A stretch of 64,000 nucleotides of DNA. Origin: Pirellulales bacterium. GTDB lineage: Bacteria > Planctomycetota > Planctomycetia > Pirellulales > UBA1268. Below are positions 17,618 to 26,110 of the stretch, one piece after another; the first letter of the stretch is position 1; each line of letters starts with the position of its first letter. The DNA lies in the NCBI GenBank assembly GCA_041746715.1, contig JBGTGN010000023.1, forward strand, positions 12,245-76,244. Reading direction: 5' to 3'. The notes below the pieces were generated by a model. It was given only the letters and a program-made list of their open reading frames with translations. It ran no database searches and was not told the origin of the DNA. The position numbers and the translations under genes were made by a program.

Positions 17618-17660
17618 GGATGGCCCGCCGGTCGTAAAGAGGGATGGCCCGCCGTTCGTA
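17618..17660. repeat. Two copies of a 19-nt direct repeat (period 24 nt)
   Basis: ggatggcccgccggtcgta (17618-17636) and ggatggcccgccgttcgta (17642-17660), one mismatch. Immediately 3' of the Top6A-like stop codon. Confidence 0.7.
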
Positions 17661-17663
17661 TAG

Positions 17664-18842
17664 TCAGTCCAGCCAATTGCCTTCGGCGATTCGCTCGGGG
17701 GCATACGTCTCGGTGACGTAGCTGATGTCTTTCGAGATGAGAGCCTCGACTTCCAGCTTAAAGCCATTGGAGAGCATGGTCTCGATCTCCTTCTGCCATG
17801 GCTTTTTGCCAGCGAACCATGGGTAGGCGGCAATCTGCTTGGCTCGCTTGATGTCGGTGTCGTTGAGCGCGATTTGGACGCTTGGCGAGAGCTTGCACCG
17901 TTCGTAGTCGCGGCTGCGGAGACCGAGAAAGCGGGCCTCCGGTATGGCCATGCGTTTCGATTCGTACCCGAGATTGATCGAGCCTTGCTTGAGTACGGAG
18001 TAGATGTAGTACCCCCAGGGGTCGTTGTCGAGCAGGCAGTAGACAGGCAGCTTGAGCTCGTGGTGGAGACGGTGGAGCATTCGCCGGACACCGCGGGGGG
18101 GCTGGCCACCCCCGTGGGTCAGGAGGCAGTTGTGCTTCCGCCAAAACTTATCCTCGTTGAACCGTCGCCAGACAGTGTCTTTTTCGACATGGAGAATGAA
18201 CTTCGCGTCGCACGACTTGAACCGGATGACGTCGGCCTCGACGATCGACGGAATCGAGTAGCCGCTTGATCCCATGCGAGCGCAGTCGAGCTCATCGCCG
18301 GAATCGATGAGCGTGATCGGCCCGACGAGTCCGCCGCGGTTGCTGGCATAGACATGGAGCTCCTCGCGAAGGCTTTCGAGCGTGACTTCGAGGTCTTCGA
18401 TGATCGGGTCACACTCCTCCTGGGTCGCGAACGTCTCCTCGCGGGTGCCATCGATCGTGTGCTTGAGGAGGTAGTAGAGACCTCGGATACTGGTTGTTTT
18501 CTGTTGATCGATGAGCTGCTTGCATCCGGTGGCCACGAGCAAGGTTTGCATGTAGCTCTTGGCCTGGGAGAGGTTGAAGAGCTGCCGGCGATTCTTCTGG
18601 CTCCCCATCTCGATGATCTTCCGCGCCTTGTTGAAGCGGACGTTTGAGAGAGTGCGGGCAGGGATATCGAGCGAGGGATCCCGCCGTCTTTCGGCAGCAG
18701 CGGCGACCTCATCGGCAAGGCCCATGATGAGCTTGCGGGTCTTGAGATCGACGGGGGGGAGCTTTTCAGCCGGAGCTTTCGACGTGGATTTCGGCGTGCG
18801 GGCCATGCGCGGTAAGCTTCCGAGGGCTAGGATATGGGGCAA
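17664..18842 (-). CDS. top6A: DNA topoisomerase VI subunit A / Spo11-like protein (5Y-CAP plus Toprim)
   Basis: TSIRGLYYLLKH (RGLYY at 18471-18485). Toprim motifs ILHVEKDT (Glu at 18183-18185) and LLDNDPWGYYIY (DxD at 18021-18029). Also GGQPPRGVRRMLHRL and FKLEVEAL. Alternative start ATG 18806 (MARTPKS). Confidence 0.85.
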   Translation of the reverse strand: MPHILALGSLPRMARTPKSTSKAPAEKLPPVDLKTRKLIMGLADEVAAAAERRRDPSLDIPARTLSNVRFNKARKIIEMGSQKNRRQLFNLSQAKSYMQTLLVATGCKQLIDQQKTTSIRGLYYLLKHTIDGTREETFATQEECDPIIEDLEVTLESLREELHVYASNRGGLVGPITLIDSGDELDCARMGSSGYSIPSIVEADVIRFKSCDAKFILHVEKDTVWRRFNEDKFWRKHNCLLTHGGGQPPRGVRRMLHRLHHELKLPVYCLLDNDPWGYYIYSVLKQGSINLGYESKRMAIPEARFLGLRSRDYERCKLSPSVQIALNDTDIKRAKQIAAYPWFAGKKPWQKEIETMLSNGFKLEVEALISKDISYVTETYAPERIAEGNWLD

Positions 18843-18885
18843 CGATTCGCCGCAATCCTACCCACCACCTCGGCTGTCCGCATCC

Positions 18886-18987
18886 ATGGCAAAATACATC
18901 TTCGCCTACGCTATTTTCGGCCTCTTTATCGGCCTGAGCGCCTACATCGTCTGCCGTCCGAGTCGCCGTTTTGAGGGCGATCGGTAG
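18886..18987 (+). CDS. Possible 33-aa single-TM peptide (speculative)
   Basis: MAKYIFAYAIFGLFIGLSAYIVCRPSRRFEGDR sits in the 149-nt gap between the aminotransferase and the Top6A-like gene. The hydrophobic core is unlike the Arg/Gly-rich shadow ORFs seen elsewhere. No other support. Confidence 0.2.
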   Translation: MAKYIFAYAIFGLFIGLSAYIVCRPSRRFEGDR

Positions 18988-18991
18988 TCGT

Positions 18992-20272
18992 CTACGAAAT
19001 GACCTCATCGGCCCGGCCGACGATTCGGCGGACAAAATGTGGGCCGTGTGCAGCCGTGGGTTTTGCCGGAGCCTGAGCAGTCGGCTTGGCACCGAAGAAC
19101 TTGGCCCCAAAAAACTCGGCGATCCTTGCCACGACCGTGTGCTGCTCGTCGGCCCGGAGTTCGGGGAAGATCGGCAGGGCAAGCGTCTCAATCGCCGCCT
19201 GCTCGGTTTGCGGGAGATCGCCCTGCCGCCAGCCGAGGTGTGCGAAGCAGGCCTGGAGATGGAGCGGGACGGGATAGTAGATCTCCGTGCCCACACCGCA
19301 TGCCGCAAGGTGTTTGCGGAGGGCATCCCGCTGTCCATCGGCGATTCGGATCACGTATTGATTCCAGACATGCCGGCCTCGGGTCTCGTCGCTCGGCACG
19401 GTCACATGTTCGGCGAGATCATGAGCGGCAAAGAGATCGGAGTAGCGGGCGGCGTTTTCCTGCCGGCTGGTGGTCCAGGCATCGAGGTGGGGGAGCTTGA
19501 CCCGTAGCACCGCAGCCTGGATCGAGTCGAGGCGGCTATTGATGCCGATGAGATCGTGATAGTAGCGAGGCTCCATGCCATGGACACGAAGAAGCCTGAG
19601 CGTCTTGGCGAGGTCATCGCGGGTGGTGGTCACGAAGCCGCCATCGCCGGCACCACCGAGGTTCTTCGTGGGGTAGAAACTGAAGCAACCGATGTCACCC
19701 AGTCCGCCCGAGGAGCGACCGTGCCAGGTGGAAAGAATAGACTGCGCTGCATCTTCCACGATGGGCACGCCAGCCGCCTCGGCGATTGGCGCGAGGGCGT
19801 CCATGTCGGCGGTGCGGCCGAAGAGATGGACGGGGATAATGGCCCGGCAGCGACGGCTCACCTTCCGCCGCACGTCTTCAGGATCGATGAGATACGTCGT
19901 CGGATCGATATCGGCAAAGATCGGGATCGCGCCGAGACGGGTCACGGCGCTGGCCGTGGCAAAGAAGGTGTAGCTCGGCAGCACCACCTCGTCACCCATG
20001 CCCACACCCAGTGCCATGAGCGCTAGGAGAAGGGCATCGCTCCCGGAGGCGCAGCTAATGGCGTGGGGGACATCGAGCGCGGCGGCGAGTTCTTCCTCGA
20101 GCGCGGTCACATCGGGGCCGAGCACGAAGCGGCCGGAGTCACACACGCGATCGATCGCGGCCCGAATCTCCCCACGGAGCACGCTGAATTGGCGATCTAA
20201 GGCGAGAAGGGGCACCGAGGCCAGCAACGCAGGGGCAGGGGCTAGGGGCTCGGACGGCGTGACGCTGCTCAT
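18992..20272 (-). CDS. DegT/DnrJ/EryC1/StrS-family PLP-dependent sugar aminotransferase
   Basis: LDRQFSVLRGEIRAAIDRVCDSGRFVLGP, AISCASGSDALLLAL, and the PLP-Lys context CFSFYPTKNLGGAGDGG. Start trimmed to ATG 20272 (MSSVTPSEP); the track start at 20599 adds 109 non-homologous residues. Confidence 0.85.
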   Translation of the reverse strand: MSSVTPSEPLAPAPALLASVPLLALDRQFSVLRGEIRAAIDRVCDSGRFVLGPDVTALEEELAAALDVPHAISCASGSDALLLALMALGVGMGDEVVLPSYTFFATASAVTRLGAIPIFADIDPTTYLIDPEDVRRKVSRRCRAIIPVHLFGRTADMDALAPIAEAAGVPIVEDAAQSILSTWHGRSSGGLGDIGCFSFYPTKNLGGAGDGGFVTTTRDDLAKTLRLLRVHGMEPRYYHDLIGINSRLDSIQAAVLRVKLPHLDAWTTSRQENAARYSDLFAAHDLAEHVTVPSDETRGRHVWNQYVIRIADGQRDALRKHLAACGVGTEIYYPVPLHLQACFAHLGWRQGDLPQTEQAAIETLALPIFPELRADEQHTVVARIAEFFGAKFFGAKPTAQAPAKPTAAHGPHFVRRIVGRADEVIS

Positions 20273-20698
20273 GGTGGCGAAGAATCTCCGAGGCGTGCTC
20301 ACGCGATTCGCGGGCCGAAAAGCCGGCGCCGTCGGCATCGCTTGTTCAATAGTTTCCATCGTCACGACTGCCACTGCCGCTCCAATCCAAGCGGCCCGCA
20401 GCCTGCACGGGAAGCCAGGAAATAGGTTCGCCGGCCATCCACCGTCAAGGGCAGGGTCGCGGCATGGTGGGGTCGGCAAGGCCGGTAGTCTGGCGAGCGC
20501 CGCTCGAAAGAAGGGGCGGATCGGAGTTCCTGGGAGGTTCGCCACTCTGCCCGTTTGACAGCGTTCCCGTGGCCACCCTAGATTCTTGGGCAGCATCAAG
20601 GGTTCCAGGTTCGTGCAACACCGGTGTCACGACCGGGGAAACCCCGGAGGAGAGTTTGTCGATCCCGTCTGTTCGCAAGTGACGGGTTCGCATGTCGG

Positions 20699-23278
20699 AT
20701 GGGATCCACCGCGATCACGCCTGTCATCGATCTGGGACTTCTCGCCCGCCGGCTCGGGCTGCCTGTTTCGGCGGTCCATGCCACGGTTGAGCTTGTCGAT
20801 GCCGGCAATACGATTCCCTTTATTGCACGCTTCCGTCGAGATGAAACCGGCGGGCTCGACGAGGAGGTGATCCGCCGGGTCAAGGAAGAGGTGGCTCGGG
20901 CCAGGCAACTCCTGGATCGCAAGCAAACCGTGCTGCGAACGATCCAAGGTCAAGACAAGCTCACGCCCGAGCTCGAGACAGCGATCGTGACGGCTGAGAC
21001 CTCAAAGCAGCTCGAGGATCTCTACCTCCCGTACAAGCGACGACGGCTGTCGCTCGCCGAGGTGGCAAGACAACGCCGGCTCGAGCCGCTCGCCCGCGAG
21101 ATTCTCGATGCGGCCCCGGCTGCCGCCGATCTCGACCAGCGGGCAACGGACTTTCTCGCGGCTGATGCAGGGGTGGCGACCTCGGCCGACGTGCTCCTCG
21201 GTGTCGGTCATATCATTGCCGACGAGCTGAGCGCCCGGGTGGACCTGCGGCAGCGACTGCGGGAAATTCTCGAGCGGGCCGGTCGACTCCGAAGCCAGCG
21301 GGTCGAGACGGAGGGTAAGCCGCTCTCAAAAGACGAAAAACACTTTCGCGACTACTTTGATTTTGGCGAGCGAATCGACCGGGTGCCGGCCCATCGACTC
21401 TTGGCAATCAACCGTGGTGAACGAGCACGATTCCTGAAGGTTCGCATCGAAGCTCCCCCCGATGAGTTGCAGGCTGTGGCCGAGGAGATCTGCGTGCCAT
21501 CAGGGCACCCGCACGCGGAGTTTCTGCGTGAGTGTGTTCGTGATGCCCTGGCACGGCTCGTACTCCCCAGTCTCGAACGTGAGATTCGTCGGGAGATGAC
21601 CGATGCCTGTGAGAATCATGCCGTCGAGGTGTTTGCCCGCAATCTCCGAAACCTGCTGCTTCAGCCGCCGGTGCAGGGGCGCTGCGTCTTGGCCCTCGAT
21701 CCAGGATTCAAGAGCGGCTGCAAAGCGGTTGTGATCAACGAGTGTGGCGTGCCACTCGAGCATGCGGTGCTCCACGTCGTTGGCCAACAGGAGAAACGGC
21801 AGGCATCGGCAAAGCGGATCGTCGAGCTTGTCGCGACCCACGGCTGCACGGTGATTGCCATCGGGAATGGCGCCGCAGCTCGTGAGACGGAGGCAATCGT
21901 GGCCGAATTGGTTGCCGGTGAGCTCGCCGCCCTCGACGTCGGTTATGTGATCGTCAATGAGGCGGGGGCCAGCGTCTACTCGACAAGCCCGTATGGTCGC
22001 GAGGAGTTACCCGCCCACGAGGCCGCGATCCGCAGCGCGATCTCGATCGGACGACGGCTCCAGGATCCGCTCTCTGAGCTGGTCAAGATTGAGCCGGCCA
22101 ACATTGGCGTCGGCCTTTACCAGCACGATGTCCGAGCGAAGCATCTCCGGGAATCGCTCGAGTCGGTAGTCCAAAGCTGCGTCAATTTCGTGGGCGTCGA
22201 TGTCAACACGGCAAGCCCAGCCCTGCTTCGGCATGTGTCGGGTCTCAGCCAGGCAACCGCCAGAAACCTCCATGAGTGGCGGTCGGCCCACGGTCGCTTC
22301 ACGTCACGGCCGCAGTTTCTTGACGTGCCCGGGTTTGGTGAGGCGACCTATGTGCAGGCTGCGGGATTCCTCAAGATCACCGACGGCGATAATCCTCTCG
22401 ACTCGACCTGGATTCACCCAGAAAGCTACGACGTGGCCACGCGGGTGCTCGAGCGACTCGGTGCCAGTCTCTCCGATCTCCAAGAAGCGGGCGGCCTGGC
22501 CGAGCGGACGTCCTCGATCGACCTCGATACTCTTGCCGGAGAGCTTGGTGTGGGGCACTTACTGCTCGCCGACATCCTTGATCAGTTGGCACGGCCTGGA
22601 CGTGACCCCCGCGACGATTTGCCAGAACCGTTCTTCAAGAAGGGTGTGCTCAAGCTCGAGGATCTCGAGGTTGGTATGGAACTCCATGGCGCGGTCCTCA
22701 ACGTCGTGGACTTTGGGGCTTTTGTCGATATTGGGATGCACGACAGCGGCCTGGTCCACATCAGTCAGCTCTCGCCGCGGTATGTGCGAGATCCGCACGA
22801 TGTGGTAAGTGTTGGTGAGGTCGTGAGGGTCTGGGTGCTCGAGCTCGACAAGGCCCGCCGTAGGGTGGCGCTCACGATGCTCACGCCGGAGGAGCGAGCG
22901 CGGCAGCATCAGATTGCCGAGCAGCGAAAAGAAGGCCGAAGCCGGCGGCCTGATGGTGGCGGGCGACGGCAATCTGGAAGCGAGAGGCCCTCGCAAGGCT
23001 CGTCGCCCACGGATGGAGGACGTCCACCTACGCCAAGGCCACCGCGACGCCGCGGCAGGCAAGAGGATCGGAAACCCCGGGAACCCCAGACACGGGTCTA
23101 TGAGGCTAAGGCTCCCAAGGAAGCGAAGCCGCTCTCAAAGTCGATGCGGGAAGGCCGTGAGCCCCTGCGAACCTTCGGCGACCTGGCCCAGTTCCTCCGA
23201 AGCAGCGAGCCCGCACCCGAAGCCGTTCCGCCACCACCGGCCGAGCAACTTCCGCCCACCGACCCGCCCGTCGAGTGA
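20699..23278 (+). CDS. tex: Tex-like transcription accessory protein (YqgF/HhH/S1 domains) with a long basic C-terminal tail
   Basis: NTIPFIARFRRDETGGLDEEVIR and LEDLYLPYKRRR, a YqgF-like core, and an S1 domain GMELHGAVLNVVDFGAFVDIGMHDSGLVHISQL. Start ATG 20699. Confidence 0.9.
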   Translation: MGSTAITPVIDLGLLARRLGLPVSAVHATVELVDAGNTIPFIARFRRDETGGLDEEVIRRVKEEVARARQLLDRKQTVLRTIQGQDKLTPELETAIVTAETSKQLEDLYLPYKRRRLSLAEVARQRRLEPLAREILDAAPAAADLDQRATDFLAADAGVATSADVLLGVGHIIADELSARVDLRQRLREILERAGRLRSQRVETEGKPLSKDEKHFRDYFDFGERIDRVPAHRLLAINRGERARFLKVRIEAPPDELQAVAEEICVPSGHPHAEFLRECVRDALARLVLPSLEREIRREMTDACENHAVEVFARNLRNLLLQPPVQGRCVLALDPGFKSGCKAVVINECGVPLEHAVLHVVGQQEKRQASAKRIVELVATHGCTVIAIGNGAAARETEAIVAELVAGELAALDVGYVIVNEAGASVYSTSPYGREELPAHEAAIRSAISIGRRLQDPLSELVKIEPANIGVGLYQHDVRAKHLRESLESVVQSCVNFVGVDVNTASPALLRHVSGLSQATARNLHEWRSAHGRFTSRPQFLDVPGFGEATYVQAAGFLKITDGDNPLDSTWIHPESYDVATRVLERLGASLSDLQEAGGLAERTSSIDLDTLAGELGVGHLLLADILDQLARPGRDPRDDLPEPFFKKGVLKLEDLEVGMELHGAVLNVVDFGAFVDIGMHDSGLVHISQLSPRYVRDPHDVVSVGEVVRVWVLELDKARRRVALTMLTPEERARQHQIAEQRKEGRSRRPDGGGRRQSGSERPSQGSSPTDGGRPPTPRPPRRRGRQEDRKPREPQTRVYEAKAPKEAKPLSKSMREGREPLRTFGDLAQFLRSSEPAPEAVPPPPAEQLPPTDPPVE

Positions 23279-23293
23279 CCGCCGATCGTGAAA

Positions 23294-23515
23294 CTACCGC
23301 TCGCGGAAGGTGATCCGACCTTTGGTGAGGTCGTAGGGCGAAAGCTCTACTTTCACCTTGTCGCCCGGAACGATGCGGATGAAGTTTTTCCTCATCCGGC
23401 CTGCCACGTGGGCGTTGACGATATGACCGCCGGTGATCTGTACGCGAAACCGGGTGTTCGCCAAGGCCTGCGTAACGACGCCTTCGACCTCCAGTGCCTG
23501 CTCTTTTTCCGCCAT
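23294..23515 (-). CDS. infA: Translation initiation factor IF-1
   Basis: [73 protein letters not shown] is a near-canonical IF-1 sequence. Confidence 0.96.
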   Translation of the reverse strand: MAEKEQALEVEGVVTQALANTRFRVQITGGHIVNAHVAGRMRKNFIRIVPGDKVKVELSPYDLTKGRITFRER

Positions 23516-23599
23516 GGGTGTTCCGGGGATGGTTCGTTCGACAAACCAAAAATCTAGCCGGGCCAGCCAAACCAGTCCAGCCGGGCATACAGGGGACGC

Positions 23600-24725
23600 T
23601 CAGGACTCGTCTGCCGCCGCCAAATCCGAGCCCGAAGCTCTCCACCGGAGGTAGGCGTTGAAGAATCCATCGAGGTTCCCGTCGAGGACGCTTTGAAAGT
23701 TTCCCATGGCGTACCCGGTTCGTTGATCCTTGATCCGCTGGTCTGGGTGCAGAAAGTAGTTTCGGATCTGCGACCCGAAGCCGGTCTTGGGCCGCTCCTT
23801 GTAGCGGGCAAACTGCTCGGCCTCGCGTTGCTCCTCCTGAAGGCGTGCGATTCGAGCTCGGAGCATCTTGAGCGCGTTGGCGCGGTTTTTGTGCTGGCTT
23901 CGTTCGTTCTGGCACTGCACCACGATCCCGGTGGGAAAGTGGGTGATGCGGATGGCGCTCGATGTCTTGTTGACATGCTGGCCGCCAGCCCCGCTCGCAC
24001 GAAACACATCCTCGCGGATATCCTCATCGCGAATCTCGACTTCGGTGTCGTCGTCGGGAATCTCAGGCGATACGTCCACCGCCGCAAAACTCGTCTGCCG
24101 CTTGCCCTCGGAGTTGAACGGACTGATTCGCACGAGACGGTGGATCCCCGTCTCGCCTTTCAGGTAGCCATAGGCCCAGGGGCCCCGGATGGCGACGGTG
24201 GCACTCTGGATACCAGCCACGTCGTCGTCTTGGCGATCGAGCATCTCGACTTCGCAGTCGTGCTTCGTGGCCCACGCCGAATACATCCGCAGGAGCATCT
24301 CGGCCCAGTCGTTGGCATCGGTGCCGCCGTCGCGAGCGTTGATCGAGATGAGCGCATCGCTCGAGTCATGAGCGCCCGAAAGGAGCGAGGCGAGCTCGAG
24401 GGTATCGACGAGCTTCTCCAGGCGGTCTGCTTCCGTGGCCAGCTCGGCCTCGAGCGAGTCATCTTCACGGGCGAGCTCCTCGAGCGCCTCGAGGTCGCTC
24501 CCGACAGTGAGGGCCTCTTCGAGCGGCTTGAGGATGGCGTTGATTCCCTTGAGCTCAGCCACCGTTGTCTGGGCCTGTGCGGCATGGCTCCAGAAATCGG
24601 GGCCACTCATCAACGCTTCGAGACGGGCGGCGGATCGCTTGCGGCCGTCCCAGTCAAAGAGAGTCCCGCAGCAAAAGCAGTCGGGCCCGGATGGCTTCAG
24701 CACGGTTGAAAAGAGCGGTATCCAT
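23600..24725 (-). CDS. prfB: Peptide chain release factor 2, requires programmed +1 frameshift
   Basis: Frame 0: ATG 24725 gives MDTALFNRAEAIRARLLLLRDSL, then in-frame TGA (24654-24656). Frame +1 continues DWDGRKRSAARLEALMSGPDFW ... with the SPF motif (RISPFNSEGK) and GGQ (SGAGGQHVNKTSSA), down to the stop at 23600. Confidence 0.92.
24653..24659 (-). other. prfB +1 recoding site CTT TGA C
   Basis: The minus strand reads ...GCG GGA CTC TCT TTG AC. This is the classic CUU-UGA-C slippery/stop context, with a GGGA purine patch a few nt upstream. Confidence 0.85.
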
Positions 24726-24834
24726 GGGATGGATTGTAGGGCGTCGCCTTGGAACCGTGAAGGTGAGGCTTTCGTACGGCTTCCATAGGAATCTCGCACG
24801 GTAGCCAGAGGAATCTCGCACGCTGATCGGGGAA

Positions 24835-25992
24835 TCAAATGCGGGCGACACGATTCCCCGGCAGGCGGCGGGCGATCCGTCGCATTTCCAAAACGCCAAT
24901 AGCGGCAAGCACCCGCGAGACCGCGAGGCCGGAGTCGGCCACGATCTCGTCGATATCAACACCGACCGCGTGGCCTCCCTCGGCCTGCCGATCGTCGAGG
25001 ATCACGAGCACCTTCCGCTCAAACTCGTCGAGCTTGAGCTCGGCGGGAGCGTGAATCTCGCGGCCCATGGCATCGGTTGTTTTCTCGAAGAGTGGCCCGA
25101 GTTCATCCAGCACGTCGTCGATGCTCTCGACGAGCTTGGCCCCATCCCGAATGAGCCGATGGCAGCCCCGCGACATGCGGCTATCGATCGGGCCTGGTAC
25201 GGCAAAAACCTCACGCCCCTGTTCGCCGGCCAGTCTCGCCGTGATGAGTGACCCGGAACGGTCAGCAGCTTCGACGACGATCGTGCCGAGGCAGAGCCCC
25301 GAAATGATACGGTTTCGCGCAGGGAATGCCCCCGCTTGCGGCCCTGTCAGTGGCGGTGCTTCGCTCACGATCGCACCGTGACGTATCACCTCGAGAGCCA
25401 AATCGGCATGTTCGGGAGGATAAATCTCGAGAACGCCAGACCCGAGAACAGCGATCGTGCGACCACCGGCATCAAGGGCGCCACGATGGGCGGCCTCATC
25501 GATACCCCGCGCAAGACCACTGACGATCGTGCATCCAGCACGGGCAAGGCCACTCGCCAGGTGATGGGCCACCCGGCGGCCGTAGGCGGAGGCGTGGCGA
25601 GCGCCGACGATGGCAACGGCAAGCGAATCACAGGACTCGAACCCTCCGCGAACAAAGAGGACTCCGGGCGGGTCATCGATCTGCTCGAGCAGCCGCGGGT
25701 AGTCCCGCGTCCCTTCGATGAGCATGGCGACATCACGCCGACGGCAGAGATCAATCGTTTCCTCGGCCACTGGGGAACGAGCGAGCGACGGAATCACACG
25801 GGCAAGTGAGCCGCCAACGCCTTCGACGCTCTCGAGCTCACGAACGGATGCCGCGAGGACAGCCTCTGGCGAACCGAACCGCTCGAGGAGCCGCTTGCGT
25901 CGGAAACCGCCGATCTTGGGCACACATGCCAGCCGCACATGGTCAAGGAGCTCGTCGTCTGTGAGTGCCGTGGGGACGTCGGGATTGTGCAT
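24835..25992 (-). CDS. dprA: DNA-processing protein DprA (Smf)
   Basis: VSGLARGIDEAAHRGALDAGGRTIAVLGSGVLEIYPPEH and FPARNRIISGL. C-terminal winged-helix-like tail. Confidence 0.9.
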   Translation of the reverse strand: MHNPDVPTALTDDELLDHVRLACVPKIGGFRRKRLLERFGSPEAVLAASVRELESVEGVGGSLARVIPSLARSPVAEETIDLCRRRDVAMLIEGTRDYPRLLEQIDDPPGVLFVRGGFESCDSLAVAIVGARHASAYGRRVAHHLASGLARAGCTIVSGLARGIDEAAHRGALDAGGRTIAVLGSGVLEIYPPEHADLALEVIRHGAIVSEAPPLTGPQAGAFPARNRIISGLCLGTIVVEAADRSGSLITARLAGEQGREVFAVPGPIDSRMSRGCHRLIRDGAKLVESIDDVLDELGPLFEKTTDAMGREIHAPAELKLDEFERKVLVILDDRQAEGGHAVGVDIDEIVADSGLAVSRVLAAIGVLEMRRIARRLPGNRVARI

Positions 25993-26062
25993 GGGGCCGC
26001 CTCAGAAACCGAGCGAGGCCATGGAGTGTACGTGTGTTCCGTACCTTCTGCAAGTGGGGAGA

Positions 26063-26083
26063 AAAAGGTTCCTGACACCTTTT
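26063..26083 (-). terminator. Weak hairpin downstream of the ferredoxin gene
   Basis: aaaaggt (26063-26069), 7-nt loop, acctttt (26077-26083): 7-bp stem. The following sequence is only weakly U-rich on the minus strand. Low confidence. Confidence 0.2.
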
Positions 26084-26110
26084 CCGTTCCTTATCGGTGG
26101 GCACGTGGTG

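Noticed and set aside
17213-17663. RNase P RNA, tmRNA or SRP RNA in the long intergenic tracts (also 20273-20698)
   Set aside because: I looked for GAGGAAAGUCC and ACAGAA..GGCUUA (RNase P), a tRNA-like 3' end with a GGUUCGA T-loop (tmRNA), and GGAAGGAAGCAGC (SRP) on both strands. Only loose resemblances were found, for example CCCGGAGGAAGCG on the minus strand near 17345-17357. That is not enough to call any of them.
17664-18842. Interpreting the Toprim protein as a Wadjet JetD/MksG-type nuclease
   Set aside because: JetD-like proteins share the Topo VI-A Toprim fold, but they come with JetABC/MksBEF, which are absent here. This ORF retains the 5Y-CAP RGLYY segment and full Top6A collinearity.
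20273-20599. N-terminal 109 codons of the DegT ORF
   Set aside because: This stretch is Arg/Pro-rich and has no homology to aminotransferases. DegT-like similarity begins just after ATG 20272. It is kept only as an alternative start.
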